A stretch of DNA of 61,730 nucleotides, counting the filler. It is 4 parts of 4 records of this genome, joined end to end, with 100 filler letters (N's around TTAATTAATTAA, not from the genome) between each part and the next. Parts side by side here need not be neighbours in the genome. Positions count along the whole stretch, not along the records: positions 1 to 16,109 come from SRR22947727_2537; positions 16,210 to 36,226 come from SRR22947727_2538; 2 more parts are not named here. One strand, written 5' to 3'. Position numbers and translations under genes: made by a program. Positions 9,222 through 18,519 of this stretch are shown in pieces. How positions within the stretch are numbered: position 1 is the first letter of the stretch; each line of letters starts with the position of its first letter. The notes below the pieces were generated by a model, which saw nothing but the letters and a program-made list of their open reading frames with translations, was not told the origin of the DNA and did no database searches.

Positions 9222-9279
9222 ATTATACCCACCCACATGACCCATGGAAGGGTTAGGGTGCCACTTTATAGACTGTCCT
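9222..9279 (-). promoter_or_regulatory. Promoter upstream of the vWA gene: AGGACAG-N8-GTGGCAC-N30-TATAAT
   Basis: Perfect TATAAT at 9227-9222; upstream dyad at the same spacing as at 6555-6612. Confidence 0.65.
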
Positions 9280-10981
9280 GCTTCATGGTGCTGAAGTCAC
9301 CGATCTTGTCGAAGGTAATTACAGAATCAAACTTGTCTAGGAGGATATCACCCTTGTGACTGATCACAAATAGGTTAGTCCTGTCGTCCATACCCCTCAA
9401 AATCTTCATCAATTCGTCTGTAGCAGCAGTATCAAGGGAAGAATCAAATACCTCATCAAGGATGAGGAGATTGGTGGATGCAGAGTTTTTCATCTTGGCA
9501 ATGTCACGCCAGCAAAACAGCAGAGATAGGTCAATTTTCTGCTTTTCACCCTCTGAAAACGATGCATAAGAGAATACATCACGGAAACGAGACTTGATGA
9601 CCTCATTGAATTCTTCATCCAATGTGAAGTTGACAAAGAAGTCCATGGACTGCAGATATTTATTGATTAAACTGTTAAAAATAGGCACAAATTTGCTGAT
9701 AACCTTACTCTTAATACCACTGTCTCTGAGGAGAGTGGATACAATTTTTAGGTTGTCAAACTCCTTGCTGACATCAGCACAACGCTCAATATTTTCAGAG
9801 AATTCTGCCTCATATTCATCTAATTTTACCTTTTCTGCATCAATATCTGGAGTCTCTTTGTTTACCTCGGACATGATGTTTTCATTCTCTTTAAGCAGTC
9901 GTAAGACCTGCTTATCAATGTTTAGATTATCGCTCTGTAACTCAATAATTGACTGCCCATACCCCTTTAGACTACGCAGTTTGTCATAGAGAAGACTGAC
10001 CTGCTCATCAATCTTTTTATAACCATCATTGTACTTGACACGACGTGACTCAGCATCCACCAGTTGGCGATGTTTGTGCTCTTCTTCTAGAGTTTGACTG
10101 CATGTTGGACACTTATCATGCTTGGTATAAAACTTATGATCTTTATCTGCTTTGTTTTTATTCTGCTCAATCTTAGATCGCATATCACGGAGACTTTCAT
10201 ACTTCTCCTGCACGTCAGCCTGACTACTAACACTCTCTGCTAGCACACTCATTGAATGATTGTTTTCTTCCTGACGCTTATTTAAACTTACTATATTATC
10301 TTCGTTGCTATTAAACTTTGAGTGCAAACTTTTAATAACACCATCCTGCAATTCAGTAAGTTTATGAATAGATGCACGTTGGTGATTCAGTTTTGTCTCA
10401 CAGATCTCCAACACATGCTTACATGATGTGAAATTCTCTTTATTATCTTTAACTCTATCCTTTAGGATGGTATTCATCTTGGAAAAGATTTTGATATCCA
10501 GCAGGTCTTCTACTACCTCTCTCCTATGTGCAGCAGGAAGTTGCATGAAAGGCATAAATGTACTGCTACCTAGGATAACAACCTGGGTAAATGACTTATA
10601 GTTAAACTTAAGAATACTCTGCTCAAGATACTTCTGGTAGTCCTTCTGAGCAGCATCTTGATCAAGCAGTTTTCCGTTTCTAAGGACCTTAAAAATGACT
10701 GGTTTCATGCCTCTAATGACATGATAGTTTACTTGACCAATAGAAAACTCAACCTCTACACAGCACTCTTTTTCATTGACGCTGTTGACCAGTTGAGACT
10801 TATTGATTTTACGAAAAGGTTTATTAAATAGCACAAAGCACAGGGCATCCAGCATAGTGGATTTACCTGCACCGTTAGACCCGATAACAAGTTGCGACTT
10901 GGATTCGTTAAGAGTCATTTCCGTAAAGGTGTTACCTGTGCTAAGGAAATTCTTCCAACGAATCTTTTCAAATACGATCAT
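9266..10981 (-). CDS. gp46: Recombination endonuclease subunit gp46 (Rad50/SbcC-like)
   Basis: WKNFLSTGN, GSNGAGKST, CPTC zinc hook, FSEGEKQKIDL, LILDEVFDSSLD, ISH. Confidence 0.96.
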   Translation of the reverse strand: MIVFEKIRWKNFLSTGNTFTEMTLNESKSQLVIGSNGAGKSTMLDALCFVLFNKPFRKINKSQLVNSVNEKECCVEVEFSIGQVNYHVIRGMKPVIFKVLRNGKLLDQDAAQKDYQKYLEQSILKFNYKSFTQVVILGSSTFMPFMQLPAAHRREVVEDLLDIKIFSKMNTILKDRVKDNKENFTSCKHVLEICETKLNHQRASIHKLTELQDGVIKSLHSKFNSNEDNIVSLNKRQEENNHSMSVLAESVSSQADVQEKYESLRDMRSKIEQNKNKADKDHKFYTKHDKCPTCSQTLEEEHKHRQLVDAESRRVKYNDGYKKIDEQVSLLYDKLRSLKGYGQSIIELQSDNLNIDKQVLRLLKENENIMSEVNKETPDIDAEKVKLDEYEAEFSENIERCADVSKEFDNLKIVSTLLRDSGIKSKVISKFVPIFNSLINKYLQSMDFFVNFTLDEEFNEVIKSRFRDVFSYASFSEGEKQKIDLSLLFCWRDIAKMKNSASTNLLILDEVFDSSLDTAATDELMKILRGMDDRTNLFVISHKGDILLDKFDSVITFDKIGDFSTMKQDSL

Positions 10982-11241
10982 TTATCTTGTTGTGGGGGGA
11001 TAACAAATTCGTCAGGATCAATAACGGTGAAGCGATACCCGTATTGACGACAGTTTTCTTTGACGGTATCTTCGTCTACCTCCGAGACCGTGAGATCTCG
11101 GGGATATTCGTCTGCCTTTAGCAACATATAATAGCGTTCTGCATCGTCCTTGTCAACAAACAACTGGACTACTCTCTCCACTGCTTCATCGTCTCTGACA
11201 GCATATACACCACCTGATTTATTGTCAGTTAGGACAAACAT
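10978..11241 (-). CDS. Hypothetical protein (DUF3110-like)
   Basis: GVYAV...VQLFVDKDDAERYYMLL...FVIPP; coupled to gp47 and gp46. Confidence 0.7.
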   Translation of the reverse strand: MFVLTDNKSGGVYAVRDDEAVERVVQLFVDKDDAERYYMLLKADEYPRDLTVSEVDEDTVKENCRQYGYRFTVIDPDEFVIPPQQDK

Positions 11242-12266
11242 TAGACCTCCAACGCTTCCACATACAGGGATTTTAAGATACCAAAAATCTCATCGTGATT
11301 TTTATACTCAGAGACACATGATTCTAGGATAGAAAGAGTGTCTTCAACCTCAATCTCTTCATCAATCTCACCCAACTCCTGAGTCATGTCTTCGACAATC
11401 TTCAGGTCGGCTAGGTCAACCTGCTGAAGTTTCCTTACACACCGATCAAACTTAACTTGATCCTTTTCTTCGCCTACAACCAGTTTAACGTATGTCCCTT
11501 CTAACTGTAGGAAGGTAGAGACATCGATATCATCAGTGTAGTAGACCTTACTAAAAGTATTATAGGGATTTGCAATGAATTCCATTGACAAATCATCTGT
11601 ATTTAGGACGTGGAATCCACGATCATATCCATAGTCATTCCAATACAGTTGATAAGGATTACCCAGATACTGGATAGGACCTTGCTTACTCTTCATATGA
11701 TAGTGACCAGAGCATGTCAGGTCAAACTTCTCAAATGGAGAGCGATCAATACCATGGTCCATCTTAAGACCAGGGATAACCTCAAACCCATTCAACTCAA
11801 GGTGTCCTAGACATACAGATGCTTTAGATGCCTTGACTTTTTTCATGATATGGTCCTGGTTTTCAGGACAAATCCATGGTAGAAGAAGGAAACTTCTACT
11901 GCCAAACTTCTTAGCAGTAGGTTCTGTAATGATCTCGATGTTGTTGTAGTCACCTAGCAACAGATCAGGTGCATTTACCTTGAGAGTATTCTTGTAGTAG
12001 ATGTCATGATTACCTATGAGCATAGACATACGGATGCCTCGCTCAGCAAGTGGATCAAACCACATCTCTCGTGCTGCTTCCAATGAATTAAAATTTACAT
12101 ACTTTCGACGATCAAAGGTATCACCTAAGCATAAGACCTGAGTGATACCTTCTTTGTCGATGTAAGGAAGGACTACATCGTGATAAAATTTTCTATAAAG
12201 TTTTTGGAAGAATTGATTGTCGTTCCTAACACCAAAGTGTTGATCAGTTATCAGTAGAATTTTCAT
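11241..12266 (-). CDS. gp47: Recombination endonuclease subunit gp47 (Mre11/SbcD-like)
   Basis: ITDQHFG, LGDTFD, IGNHD, SGHYH metallophosphoesterase motifs; likely start MKILL at 12266. Confidence 0.95.
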   Translation of the reverse strand: MKILLITDQHFGVRNDNQFFQKLYRKFYHDVVLPYIDKEGITQVLCLGDTFDRRKYVNFNSLEAAREMWFDPLAERGIRMSMLIGNHDIYYKNTLKVNAPDLLLGDYNNIEIITEPTAKKFGSRSFLLLPWICPENQDHIMKKVKASKASVCLGHLELNGFEVIPGLKMDHGIDRSPFEKFDLTCSGHYHMKSKQGPIQYLGNPYQLYWNDYGYDRGFHVLNTDDLSMEFIANPYNTFSKVYYTDDIDVSTFLQLEGTYVKLVVGEEKDQVKFDRCVRKLQQVDLADLKIVEDMTQELGEIDEEIEVEDTLSILESCVSEYKNHDEIFGILKSLYVEALEV

Positions 12267-12390
12267 TCCTTTTACCATTCTCTAGATCACGAAGGCGCTT
12301 TCGCCAATAACCACGGTCATTACTATCCTTGCAAGGATTGTCTCTATCTTGAGTATCATGTAGATCGTCAAGTCCTTCTTTAGATTCCAT
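12244..12390 (-). CDS. 48-aa hypothetical protein missing from the ORF track (MESKEGLDDLHDTQDRDNPCKDSNDRGYWRKRLRDLENGKRNENSTDN)
   Basis: ATG overlaps the upstream stop (TAATG), fills the gap exactly and overlaps the gp47 start. Confidence 0.6.
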   Translation of the reverse strand: MESKEGLDDLHDTQDRDNPCKDSNDRGYWRKRLRDLENGKRNENSTDN

Positions 12391-12683
12391 TACAGTTTTA
12401 CTCCTACTGTGCTATTTACTACTCGTGTATATAGATGGAGAGTATCTTCTTGAAGACACTTCAAATGCCACCTAGTTGTTTGAATAACGCCGTCTTCAGT
12501 AGCACCAGTGATAAAGTTTGCTCCATGAGGATTCTTTAATACACTGGTGTAAAGACCGTATCTAGTTTTCTTAACATAGAATGCATCATCAATCCATTTA
12601 ACATCTTCAGGGATGTCCTTTTCAATCGTGGGAGGATTTCCCAATGATGTGTGTAGAGTGGACTTCTTAGTTTGAGTTTGCAT
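12390..12683 (-). CDS. Hypothetical phage protein
   Basis: Tightly packed ORF after gp55 (WIDDAFYVKKTRYGLYTSV...RWHLK). Confidence 0.7.
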   Translation of the reverse strand: MQTQTKKSTLHTSLGNPPTIEKDIPEDVKWIDDAFYVKKTRYGLYTSVLKNPHGANFITGATEDGVIQTTRWHLKCLQEDTLHLYTRVVNSTVGVKL

Positions 12684-12687
12684 TAAA

Positions 12688-13164
12688 TTAATTACGCATG
12701 TTGGTTTCGATGCGACTCTTGATGGAATTCATATCAGCGTGATTGTCATTCTCATCTGAGTGGAAGACCTGATCGTAACCATTCTTCTCGATGAGTTTGT
12801 CACGGATGTCCATCTGACGTTTCTCTTTGGCGATACGTCGCAAGAATGCATAGTAAACGATTTGCGTGAAATATGCAAATGGGTTCTTGCTCTTAGCAGG
12901 ATCGAAGTTATCGATGTATTGGACGCAATTCTCTACACCATCAGAGATCATGTCCTCCTTATACATGTAGTTAATAAAATTAGGTCTATAAGACAGGTGG
13001 GTAGCAATCTTCAAGAAGCAGTCGCCTAGGTAATGAGTAATCCTGGGTTTTTCTTTATCTTGTATTTTAGCAATCTCAACTGAATCTCGATACTTTACGA
13101 TCTCCACAAGAAACTTTTTGTTGTCAACGTAGTGTTGTTTTTTCTTAGGAGGCATTAAAGTCAT
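12688..13164 (-). CDS. gp55: Late transcription sigma factor gp55
   Basis: HYVDNKKF, IATHLSYRPNFINYMYKEDMISDG, NPFAYFTQIVYYAFLRRIAKEK. Confidence 0.96.
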   Translation of the reverse strand: MTLMPPKKKQHYVDNKKFLVEIVKYRDSVEIAKIQDKEKPRITHYLGDCFLKIATHLSYRPNFINYMYKEDMISDGVENCVQYIDNFDPAKSKNPFAYFTQIVYYAFLRRIAKEKRQMDIRDKLIEKNGYDQVFHSDENDNHADMNSIKSRIETNMRN

Positions 13165-13186
13165 ATTTAATTTTGCTCACAAATAC

Positions 13187-13215
13187 ATTATAAAGGTTTA
13201 TGTTTCATAAGTCAA
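13187..13215 (-). promoter_or_regulatory. Sigma70-type promoter of gp55
   Basis: Minus strand TTGACT (13215-13210), 17 nt, TATAAT (13192-13187). Confidence 0.8.
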
Positions 13216-13217
13216 GC

Positions 13218-13246
13218 TTGACAACTCTAAGAATAATCATTATACT
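13218..13246 (+). promoter_or_regulatory. Divergent sigma70-type promoter pointing antisense into the upstream genes
   Basis: Plus strand TTGACA (13218-13223), 17 nt, TATACT (13241-13246); no convincing plus-strand gene downstream. Confidence 0.65.
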
Positions 13247-13272
13247 CAACCATGTAAGGGTTGGAAACAATA

Positions 13273-13701
13273 CTACTTAGAGTTCTTCCATTGATCCTCT
13301 AGTTTCTTTCTCATCTCAGAGACTTTACCGACTAGACCCATATTTTCATTCATGGGTACACCAGGATCTAGATCATCCATTAGTTTACCGTCCTTTCTCC
13401 ACCACATCTTGTACATCATGATTGCTTCAGTGGACATCGGAGCGATGGTTACAATGTCTGGCTCTTGAATAATGTAGAAGTCTTCATCTGACCACAGCAT
13501 CCACTTAGTGAATCCTGCTGCCAGTCCCATTTCACCATCAGGTTTCTCTATAGGGGTGAGTGTAGGCGACAGAGGATCAGACACATATACCATTGTGCAG
13601 TTGTCTTCATTCGTGGCGATCATTTGTCCTATTACTTCTTCACCAGTTACTAGCTTGATGATTCCGTAGAATTCATTGTCGTGACGGATGTAGTTAATCA
13701 T
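13273..13701 (-). CDS. Conserved T4-like hypothetical protein between uvsW and gp55
   Basis: FYGIIKLVTGEEVIG...FTKWM...; conserved position in the cyanomyovirus core. Confidence 0.75.
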   Translation of the reverse strand: MINYIRHDNEFYGIIKLVTGEEVIGQMIATNEDNCTMVYVSDPLSPTLTPIEKPDGEMGLAAGFTKWMLWSDEDFYIIQEPDIVTIAPMSTEAIMMYKMWWRKDGKLMDDLDPGVPMNENMGLVGKVSEMRKKLEDQWKNSK

Positions 13702-15158
13702 TGTCGTAGGTTTACCTTAGTGATTTCATAATCAAATTTCTCTTCCTCATATATTTTCAATCTTTCAATGAGGTGACGGAGAGTATAGTTGTGTCTACTA
13801 CCTCGGGAGCAATCATCAGCAATGTCATACAACACTGCTTGTGCTTTATTATCTCCCTTACGCAAGACACGTCCAATAGACTGGAGGTTTCTTACTCGTG
13901 ATTTGGATGGACTCGCAAAGATTACATTATGTAGGTTGCGAATGTTAATGCCTGTAGAGAATGTGCCATAGGATGCAAGAATGATTGCATTGTTTTCCTG
14001 CTCACAGATCTTGCGAGCCTCTTCTCTTTCAACAGCATCTACACCACCATGAATAAAGAAGATCTTTCGATCCTTACTCACCTTATTATTTAGCATCTCC
14101 CATAGAGGGTCACCGTGCTTCTCGATGTAGTTGAATAGGATGAGTGTATTGCCACCTATGTCTTCTGCTAGGTTACAAATTAGGTTATTTCTTTTAGGAT
14201 GTGATACTATATAATCCATCTCTTGCTGATAGGTATCGAATGGGACATGACCATGCTGCAACAGAAGGCATTTTACTTTCAGTGGTGTCAGCTGTCCCTT
14301 TTTCATTAGATCGACAGTTGTGGTCACCCTATCACAGCGTCCGAATAGACCCTCCAGCACCAGTTGATGACTATACATACCGTCTAATGTACCAGTCAAC
14401 CCGATACGATAGCGAGCATCGTGACATTTATTCAGAATACCTGATAGACTCTTCGCCTTATACAGGTGTGCTTCATCGCCAATGATTACATCAAACCTTT
14501 CAAAGAATTTCTTAGGCTCTTTATATATGCTTTGCCATGTAGAGATGACTACAGGTGCTTCTACATACCTCTCCTTTCCACCCATGATCTGATGGACATA
14601 ATGATCTGCTTTCCACCCGTAGTCTTTGAAGTCTTGCGTTAACTGTGAGACTAGAGAGACTGTAGGTACAATGATTAGGATCTCACGCTCCGCCTTAATG
14701 TGCCAGCGGACCAGACCATAAATGATCAATGATTTTCCAGATCCTGTAGGCGAGAGTAGTAACTTGCGACGCTGCTTAATTGCCGTGAAAAGTGCTTTGA
14801 GTTGGTAGTCGCGAATCTTAAATGGCAGTCCCAAAGATCTAACAAAAGACGCCACTGATTCTGGTGATACATACTCCTCTTCCTCGTTTGGTATACCAAA
14901 GAATTTACTATCTTTGATAGCGTATTCATACCCCTTCTGGTCGAGATACTCTAAAAGGTAATCGTATAGACCGACATAGATCTCTCCTGTCCCTGGAGAG
15001 TACAATCGGATCTTACCGTCCCATACTTTTTTCTTATACTGTGGCATGAATTTAGCACCAGGCACTTCAAACTGGAAGTGCTCGCTTAATTCTTTATGGA
15101 TGTGTTGCTCGCCTTCGACTTTGAGAAAAACTTCGTTTTTCTTCTCGATAGTAATCAT
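13698..15158 (-). CDS. uvsW: UvsW RNA-DNA/DNA helicase (SF2)
   Basis: WDGKIRL, RDYQ, SPTGSGKS, DEAH, GLTGT, FSTGINI, QSIGRVLR. Confidence 0.96.
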   Translation of the reverse strand: MITIEKKNEVFLKVEGEQHIHKELSEHFQFEVPGAKFMPQYKKKVWDGKIRLYSPGTGEIYVGLYDYLLEYLDQKGYEYAIKDSKFFGIPNEEEEYVSPESVASFVRSLGLPFKIRDYQLKALFTAIKQRRKLLLSPTGSGKSLIIYGLVRWHIKAEREILIIVPTVSLVSQLTQDFKDYGWKADHYVHQIMGGKERYVEAPVVISTWQSIYKEPKKFFERFDVIIGDEAHLYKAKSLSGILNKCHDARYRIGLTGTLDGMYSHQLVLEGLFGRCDRVTTTVDLMKKGQLTPLKVKCLLLQHGHVPFDTYQQEMDYIVSHPKRNNLICNLAEDIGGNTLILFNYIEKHGDPLWEMLNNKVSKDRKIFFIHGGVDAVEREEARKICEQENNAIILASYGTFSTGINIRNLHNVIFASPSKSRVRNLQSIGRVLRKGDNKAQAVLYDIADDCSRGSRHNYTLRHLIERLKIYEEEKFDYEITKVNLRQ

Positions 15159-15598
15159 CGGATTCCATAATACTTCACAATTTCGATAGTATTCTTAATT
15201 GCAAATCCACGACTGTCGATCTGTTTAAGTATCCTATCAATACAATTTATACAAGTTTCAAGATAGTCTATTTTTTGCTGTGCTCTAGTGAGATCTGGGT
15301 CACTATCAATGTACACATGGAGGTCACCCTTCAACACCTTGAGTGCAAAGGGTTTTTCTTTATAGACTGTGGCGGGTGCTTTACCAGAATAGTATTCAAA
15401 CTTATCGCGCAGTAATACCTTGCGCTTTACCTCTGCTTCTGATAGCATCAGTTTGAATTGATTAATAAATTGCAAATACTTTGCATGGAGTCTGGGTGTT
15501 TCCATACTGTCGTTTGCCAACAGCTCAGGTAACTCCCTGTGATCAAAGAATCTTTCAGAATCCTTTGCCCACATCTCCTCAATTTTGTCTAGATTCAT
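15155..15598 (-). CDS. uvsY: UvsY recombination mediator
   Basis: MWAKDS...PRLHAKYL...EYYSGKA...SRGFAIKN; lies between gp3 and uvsW. Confidence 0.9.
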   Translation of the reverse strand: MNLDKIEEMWAKDSERFFDHRELPELLANDSMETPRLHAKYLQFINQFKLMLSEAEVKRKVLLRDKFEYYSGKAPATVYKEKPFALKVLKGDLHVYIDSDPDLTRAQQKIDYLETCINCIDRILKQIDSRGFAIKNTIEIVKYYGIR

Positions 15599-16109
15599 TA
15601 AGTAAGTCGCTTATCACGGGTGTAGTTGACAGTATCTTGTATCTCCATACGCATGTAGTTGAAGGTAACTTGCGCCATGGCATACTCTGTGCCATCTATT
15701 GTAGCATTAAATTCTAGTGCATTCAACCCAGTGGGAATCAGACCCTCAAACTGGACGTTGAAATTCATTTTGAAGTTGCTGTTGAGCACAGTCAGTGTTG
15801 CATCAGCATATAGATCATCATTACCGAAGAGTGCGACCATCTTATTCCTAAAGTCAAGTCTCTCTTTAGTATCGTTTGGTGTGCCGAGAGCACGGATCCA
15901 GTTATGCATGATCATGTAGTTAGTTAGATCCTCATCTACCAGGAATGATATACTAAGAGGATCGTACGTGATAAAACCTTCCAGAGGTAACGCTCTGAAA
16001 GGTGTGGGTTGCTGCTGAATACCCAACGTCATCGATGGGATGTTTGCAGACTGTGCAAAATATGCAACCTTAGGATACTTGGCAAGGGTAAACCTAAATC
16101 CAATAGGCG
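15598..16109 (-). CDS. gp3: Tail completion / tail tube terminator gp3, 5'-truncated
   Basis: Frame open to the contig edge (PIGFRFTLAKYPKVAYFAQSANIP); FLVDEDLTNYMIMHNWI, DATLTVLNS. Confidence 0.85.
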
Positions 16110-16209
16110 NNNNNNNNNNNNNNNNNNNNNNNNNNNNNNNNNNNNNNNNNNNNTTAATTAATTAANNNNNNNNNNNNNNNNNNNNNNNNNNNNNNNNNNN
16201 NNNNNNNNN
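16110..16209. other. Artificial contig spacer
   Basis: 44 N + TTAATTAATTAA (stops in all six frames) + 44 N. Confidence 0.98.
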
Positions 16210-16919
16210 GTGATTTTTTCAATAGCAGTGACATTGGTTTCAAAGCGCAGGTCTATGCCCTTCTTCTCGATTTCCTCTTTAACAAAACTGCGGATAGAGT
16301 CATCAAAGCCGCGCAAGAACATAGAACCGCGATAAACCAACGTAGTTTTAGCCCCTAGCCCAGCAAAGATGCCAGCAAATTCGACGGCAATATAACCGCC
16401 GCCAACGATGGTGATTTCTTTAGGAAATTCAGGAAGATAGAAAGCTTCGTTAGAAGTGATTATATGTTCTTTGCCGGGAATATCAGGCACCACTGGCCAG
16501 CCGCCGGTAGCAACTAAAATGTACTTCGCCGTGACAGTTTTATCGCCAATTTTAATAGTGTTGGCATCCACCAATTGAGCATGACCCTCAAATAAATCTA
16601 CCCCGGCACCGTCTAAAAGGTTGGCATAAATACCATTCAGCCGTTCAATTTCTCGGGTTTTGTTGTCGCGTAAAACAGGCCAATCAAACGTCCCAGCCTC
16701 AACTTGCCAGCCGTAATTTTTGGCATCAGCAAAATCTTCATGAAAATGCGAACCGTAGACAAAGAGCTTCTTCGGCACACAGCCTACATTGACGCAGGTG
16801 CCACCCAAAAACATAGACTCAGCAACGGCTACTTTAGCCCCATAAGAAGCGGAGATACGACTTGCTCGAACGCCCCCAGAACCCGCACCAAGAACAAAGA
16901 GGTCGTAATCAAAATTCAT
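16210..16919 (-). CDS. gor: Glutathione-disulfide reductase, 3'-truncated
   Basis: GAGSGG FAD motif, [13 protein letters not shown] redox-active disulfide, [11 protein letters not shown]. Confidence 0.93.
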
Positions 16920-17080
16920 ATTAATTCCTGCAAATAAAAACGCTTATGGGACAGTTCGAAACCGGCATCAGCCTAAGCAAGATGCGCTTGGGTTGCAATA
17001 AAACGGCGATAAAGACTTGGGCGTAAGTGGGCGGTGATGACGGGCGAACCCCACAATAGACAAAATCTTTTCAAGAGCAC

Positions 17081-17131
17081 TTGAACCTAATGCTCAAGGC
17101 AAGTAGATTAAGATACTGTACATTTATCCAG
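17081..17131 (+). promoter_or_regulatory. imuA promoter with LexA (SOS) box
   Basis: TTGAAC (17081-86), 17 nt, TAGATT (17104-09), then CTGTACATTTATCCAG (17116-17131), which fits the CTG-N10-CAG gammaproteobacterial SOS box. Confidence 0.82.
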
Positions 17132-17149
17132 TAATCGTAATTTACAAGC

Positions 17150-18493
17150 ATGCCAATTCATAAAAAAAATCAAACAGCAGGCAAAACAGTAGTCAATCCT
17201 ATGGTGCAGCCAGCGCTTATGCAGCAGTCCTTTATACAGGTAACGCTGCCCTTTGCTGCGCCTGAAATAACACCAAAAATGACGCCTAGCTTTTCATCTA
17301 GTGCATCATCTAGCTCTTTACCTAGTTCCCCACCTAAAAAGAGCCCAAGCCAAGGCCTCTTATACAATCAGGCGCATAAGCGGACGCCAGAACCCCAAAA
17401 AGAGATTATAGAAGAACTCATAGAAGAACCTATAAAGGAACCCATAAAGGAGTCTATAAAGGAATCCAAAAAAGAACTCACAACCAATGGCCTAAAAGTT
17501 TCAAAAATGGAAGAAACTTTAAAAACAAAGGAGGCTTCAAAAACAAAAGAGGGTTCGGAAACAGCTGAAGATTCGGAAACAAAAGCCCCCACAAAAGCCC
17601 CCACACAAGCCTCTAAACAAGCCTATGCAGACCTGCTCAAGCACCCACAACTGTGGCGCGGCAAAGATCTGACCAAAGCCTCGGCCACCCACACCGTTGC
17701 CAGCGGCTATAGCGCATTAGATGACTGCCTTGCAGGGGGCGGCTGGCCCAATGCAGGCTTAGTGGACTTCATTTTGCCTCACGCAGGCATTGGCGAACTG
17801 CGCCTACTGTTACCTGCGTTAACTACGCTTGCAGAGAATCGCTGGCTGGCTTGGATCAACCCGCCCTTCACGCCCTATGCACCAGCCTTAGAAGCTGCGG
17901 GCATAGACAGCAGTAAGATCTTACTCATCTACACAAAATCTCATGAAGAAATGCTGTGGGCTATGGAGCGCACCTGTAAATCAGGCAGCTGTGGCGCGGT
18001 TTTAGTCTGGCCAGATGAGCGCAAACTGTCATTAAAAGAAACTCGCCGAGTGCAATTGGCAGCCAAACAAGGCACAACGTTAAGTGTGCTATTTCGCCCA
18101 ATAGAAGCCAGTAGCAAAGCAAGCTTAGCCGAGCTGCGGCTGGCGTTAAGCCCAGGCAAAGATCCCCTACATTTATCTGTAGATATTATAAAGCGCCGAG
18201 GCGGCTGGCCGGTCAAAGGTTTAACCCTGTCCATAGCTGCTGTCACCCAAAGCCAATACACCTCAGCCCATGCGGTGAGGCAAAAACTGTCGTTATGGCG
18301 AGACCAGTGGCAAGGGTTACAGTTTCAGCAGGAAGCGCTGCAAGAGGCGCTACAAAAGCAACGTGACGACAACTTCACCAAAGTTAGCTCTGCAGGCTCT
18401 TCTGAAGACTCTTTTGACGACTATGTAGAAAGTTATGTGGAAGGCTTCAGCGAAGGTAATAGCAAAAATACCTCCGCGCCTTCTCTTCATTAA
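17150..18493 (+). CDS. imuA: ImuA (RecA-like mutasome accessory protein) with long low-complexity N- and C-terminal extensions
   Basis: HPQLWRG, SGYSALDDCLAGGGWP, GIGELRLLLPAL, INPPFTPYAP, LWAME, RRVQLAA, IIKRRGG. Confidence 0.88.
   Translation: MPIHKKNQTAGKTVVNPMVQPALMQQSFIQVTLPFAAPEITPKMTPSFSSSASSSSLPSSPPKKSPSQGLLYNQAHKRTPEPQKEIIEELIEEPIKEPIKESIKESKKELTTNGLKVSKMEETLKTKEASKTKEGSETAEDSETKAPTKAPTQASKQAYADLLKHPQLWRGKDLTKASATHTVASGYSALDDCLAGGGWPNAGLVDFILPHAGIGELRLLLPALTTLAENRWLAWINPPFTPYAPALEAAGIDSSKILLIYTKSHEEMLWAMERTCKSGSCGAVLVWPDERKLSLKETRRVQLAAKQGTTLSVLFRPIEASSKASLAELRLALSPGKDPLHLSVDIIKRRGGWPVKGLTLSIAAVTQSQYTSAHAVRQKLSLWRDQWQGLQFQQEALQEALQKQRDDNFTKVSSAGSSEDSFDDYVESYVEGFSEGNSKNTSAPSLH
17408..17626 (+). 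repeat. In-frame degenerate 12-nt and 18-nt tandem repeats in imuA
   Basis: Six 12-nt units at 17408-17479 (IEEL IEEP IKEP IKES IKES KKEL); three 18-nt units and four 12-nt units at 17525-17626 (TKAP TKAP TQAS KQAY). Confidence 0.8.
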
Positions 18494-18519
18494 AGCTGCA
18501 TTAAAGTAAGCACTGCCCT

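Noticed and set aside
16154-16165. TTAATTAATTAA palindrome recurring three times
   Set aside because: It is a six-frame stop linker embedded in N runs, not a genomic repeat.
16110-16209. Phage genes next to bacterial genes, suggesting a prophage or gene transfer; likewise the junctions at 36227-36326 and 54041-54140
   Set aside because: All three junctions are identical synthetic spacers and genes are truncated at each edge, so adjacency across them has no biological meaning.
17408-17626. Repeat array as a possible CRISPR or other non-coding array
   Set aside because: Units are 12 or 18 nt, directly abutting, without unique spacers, and in frame within imuA. No cas genes are seen.
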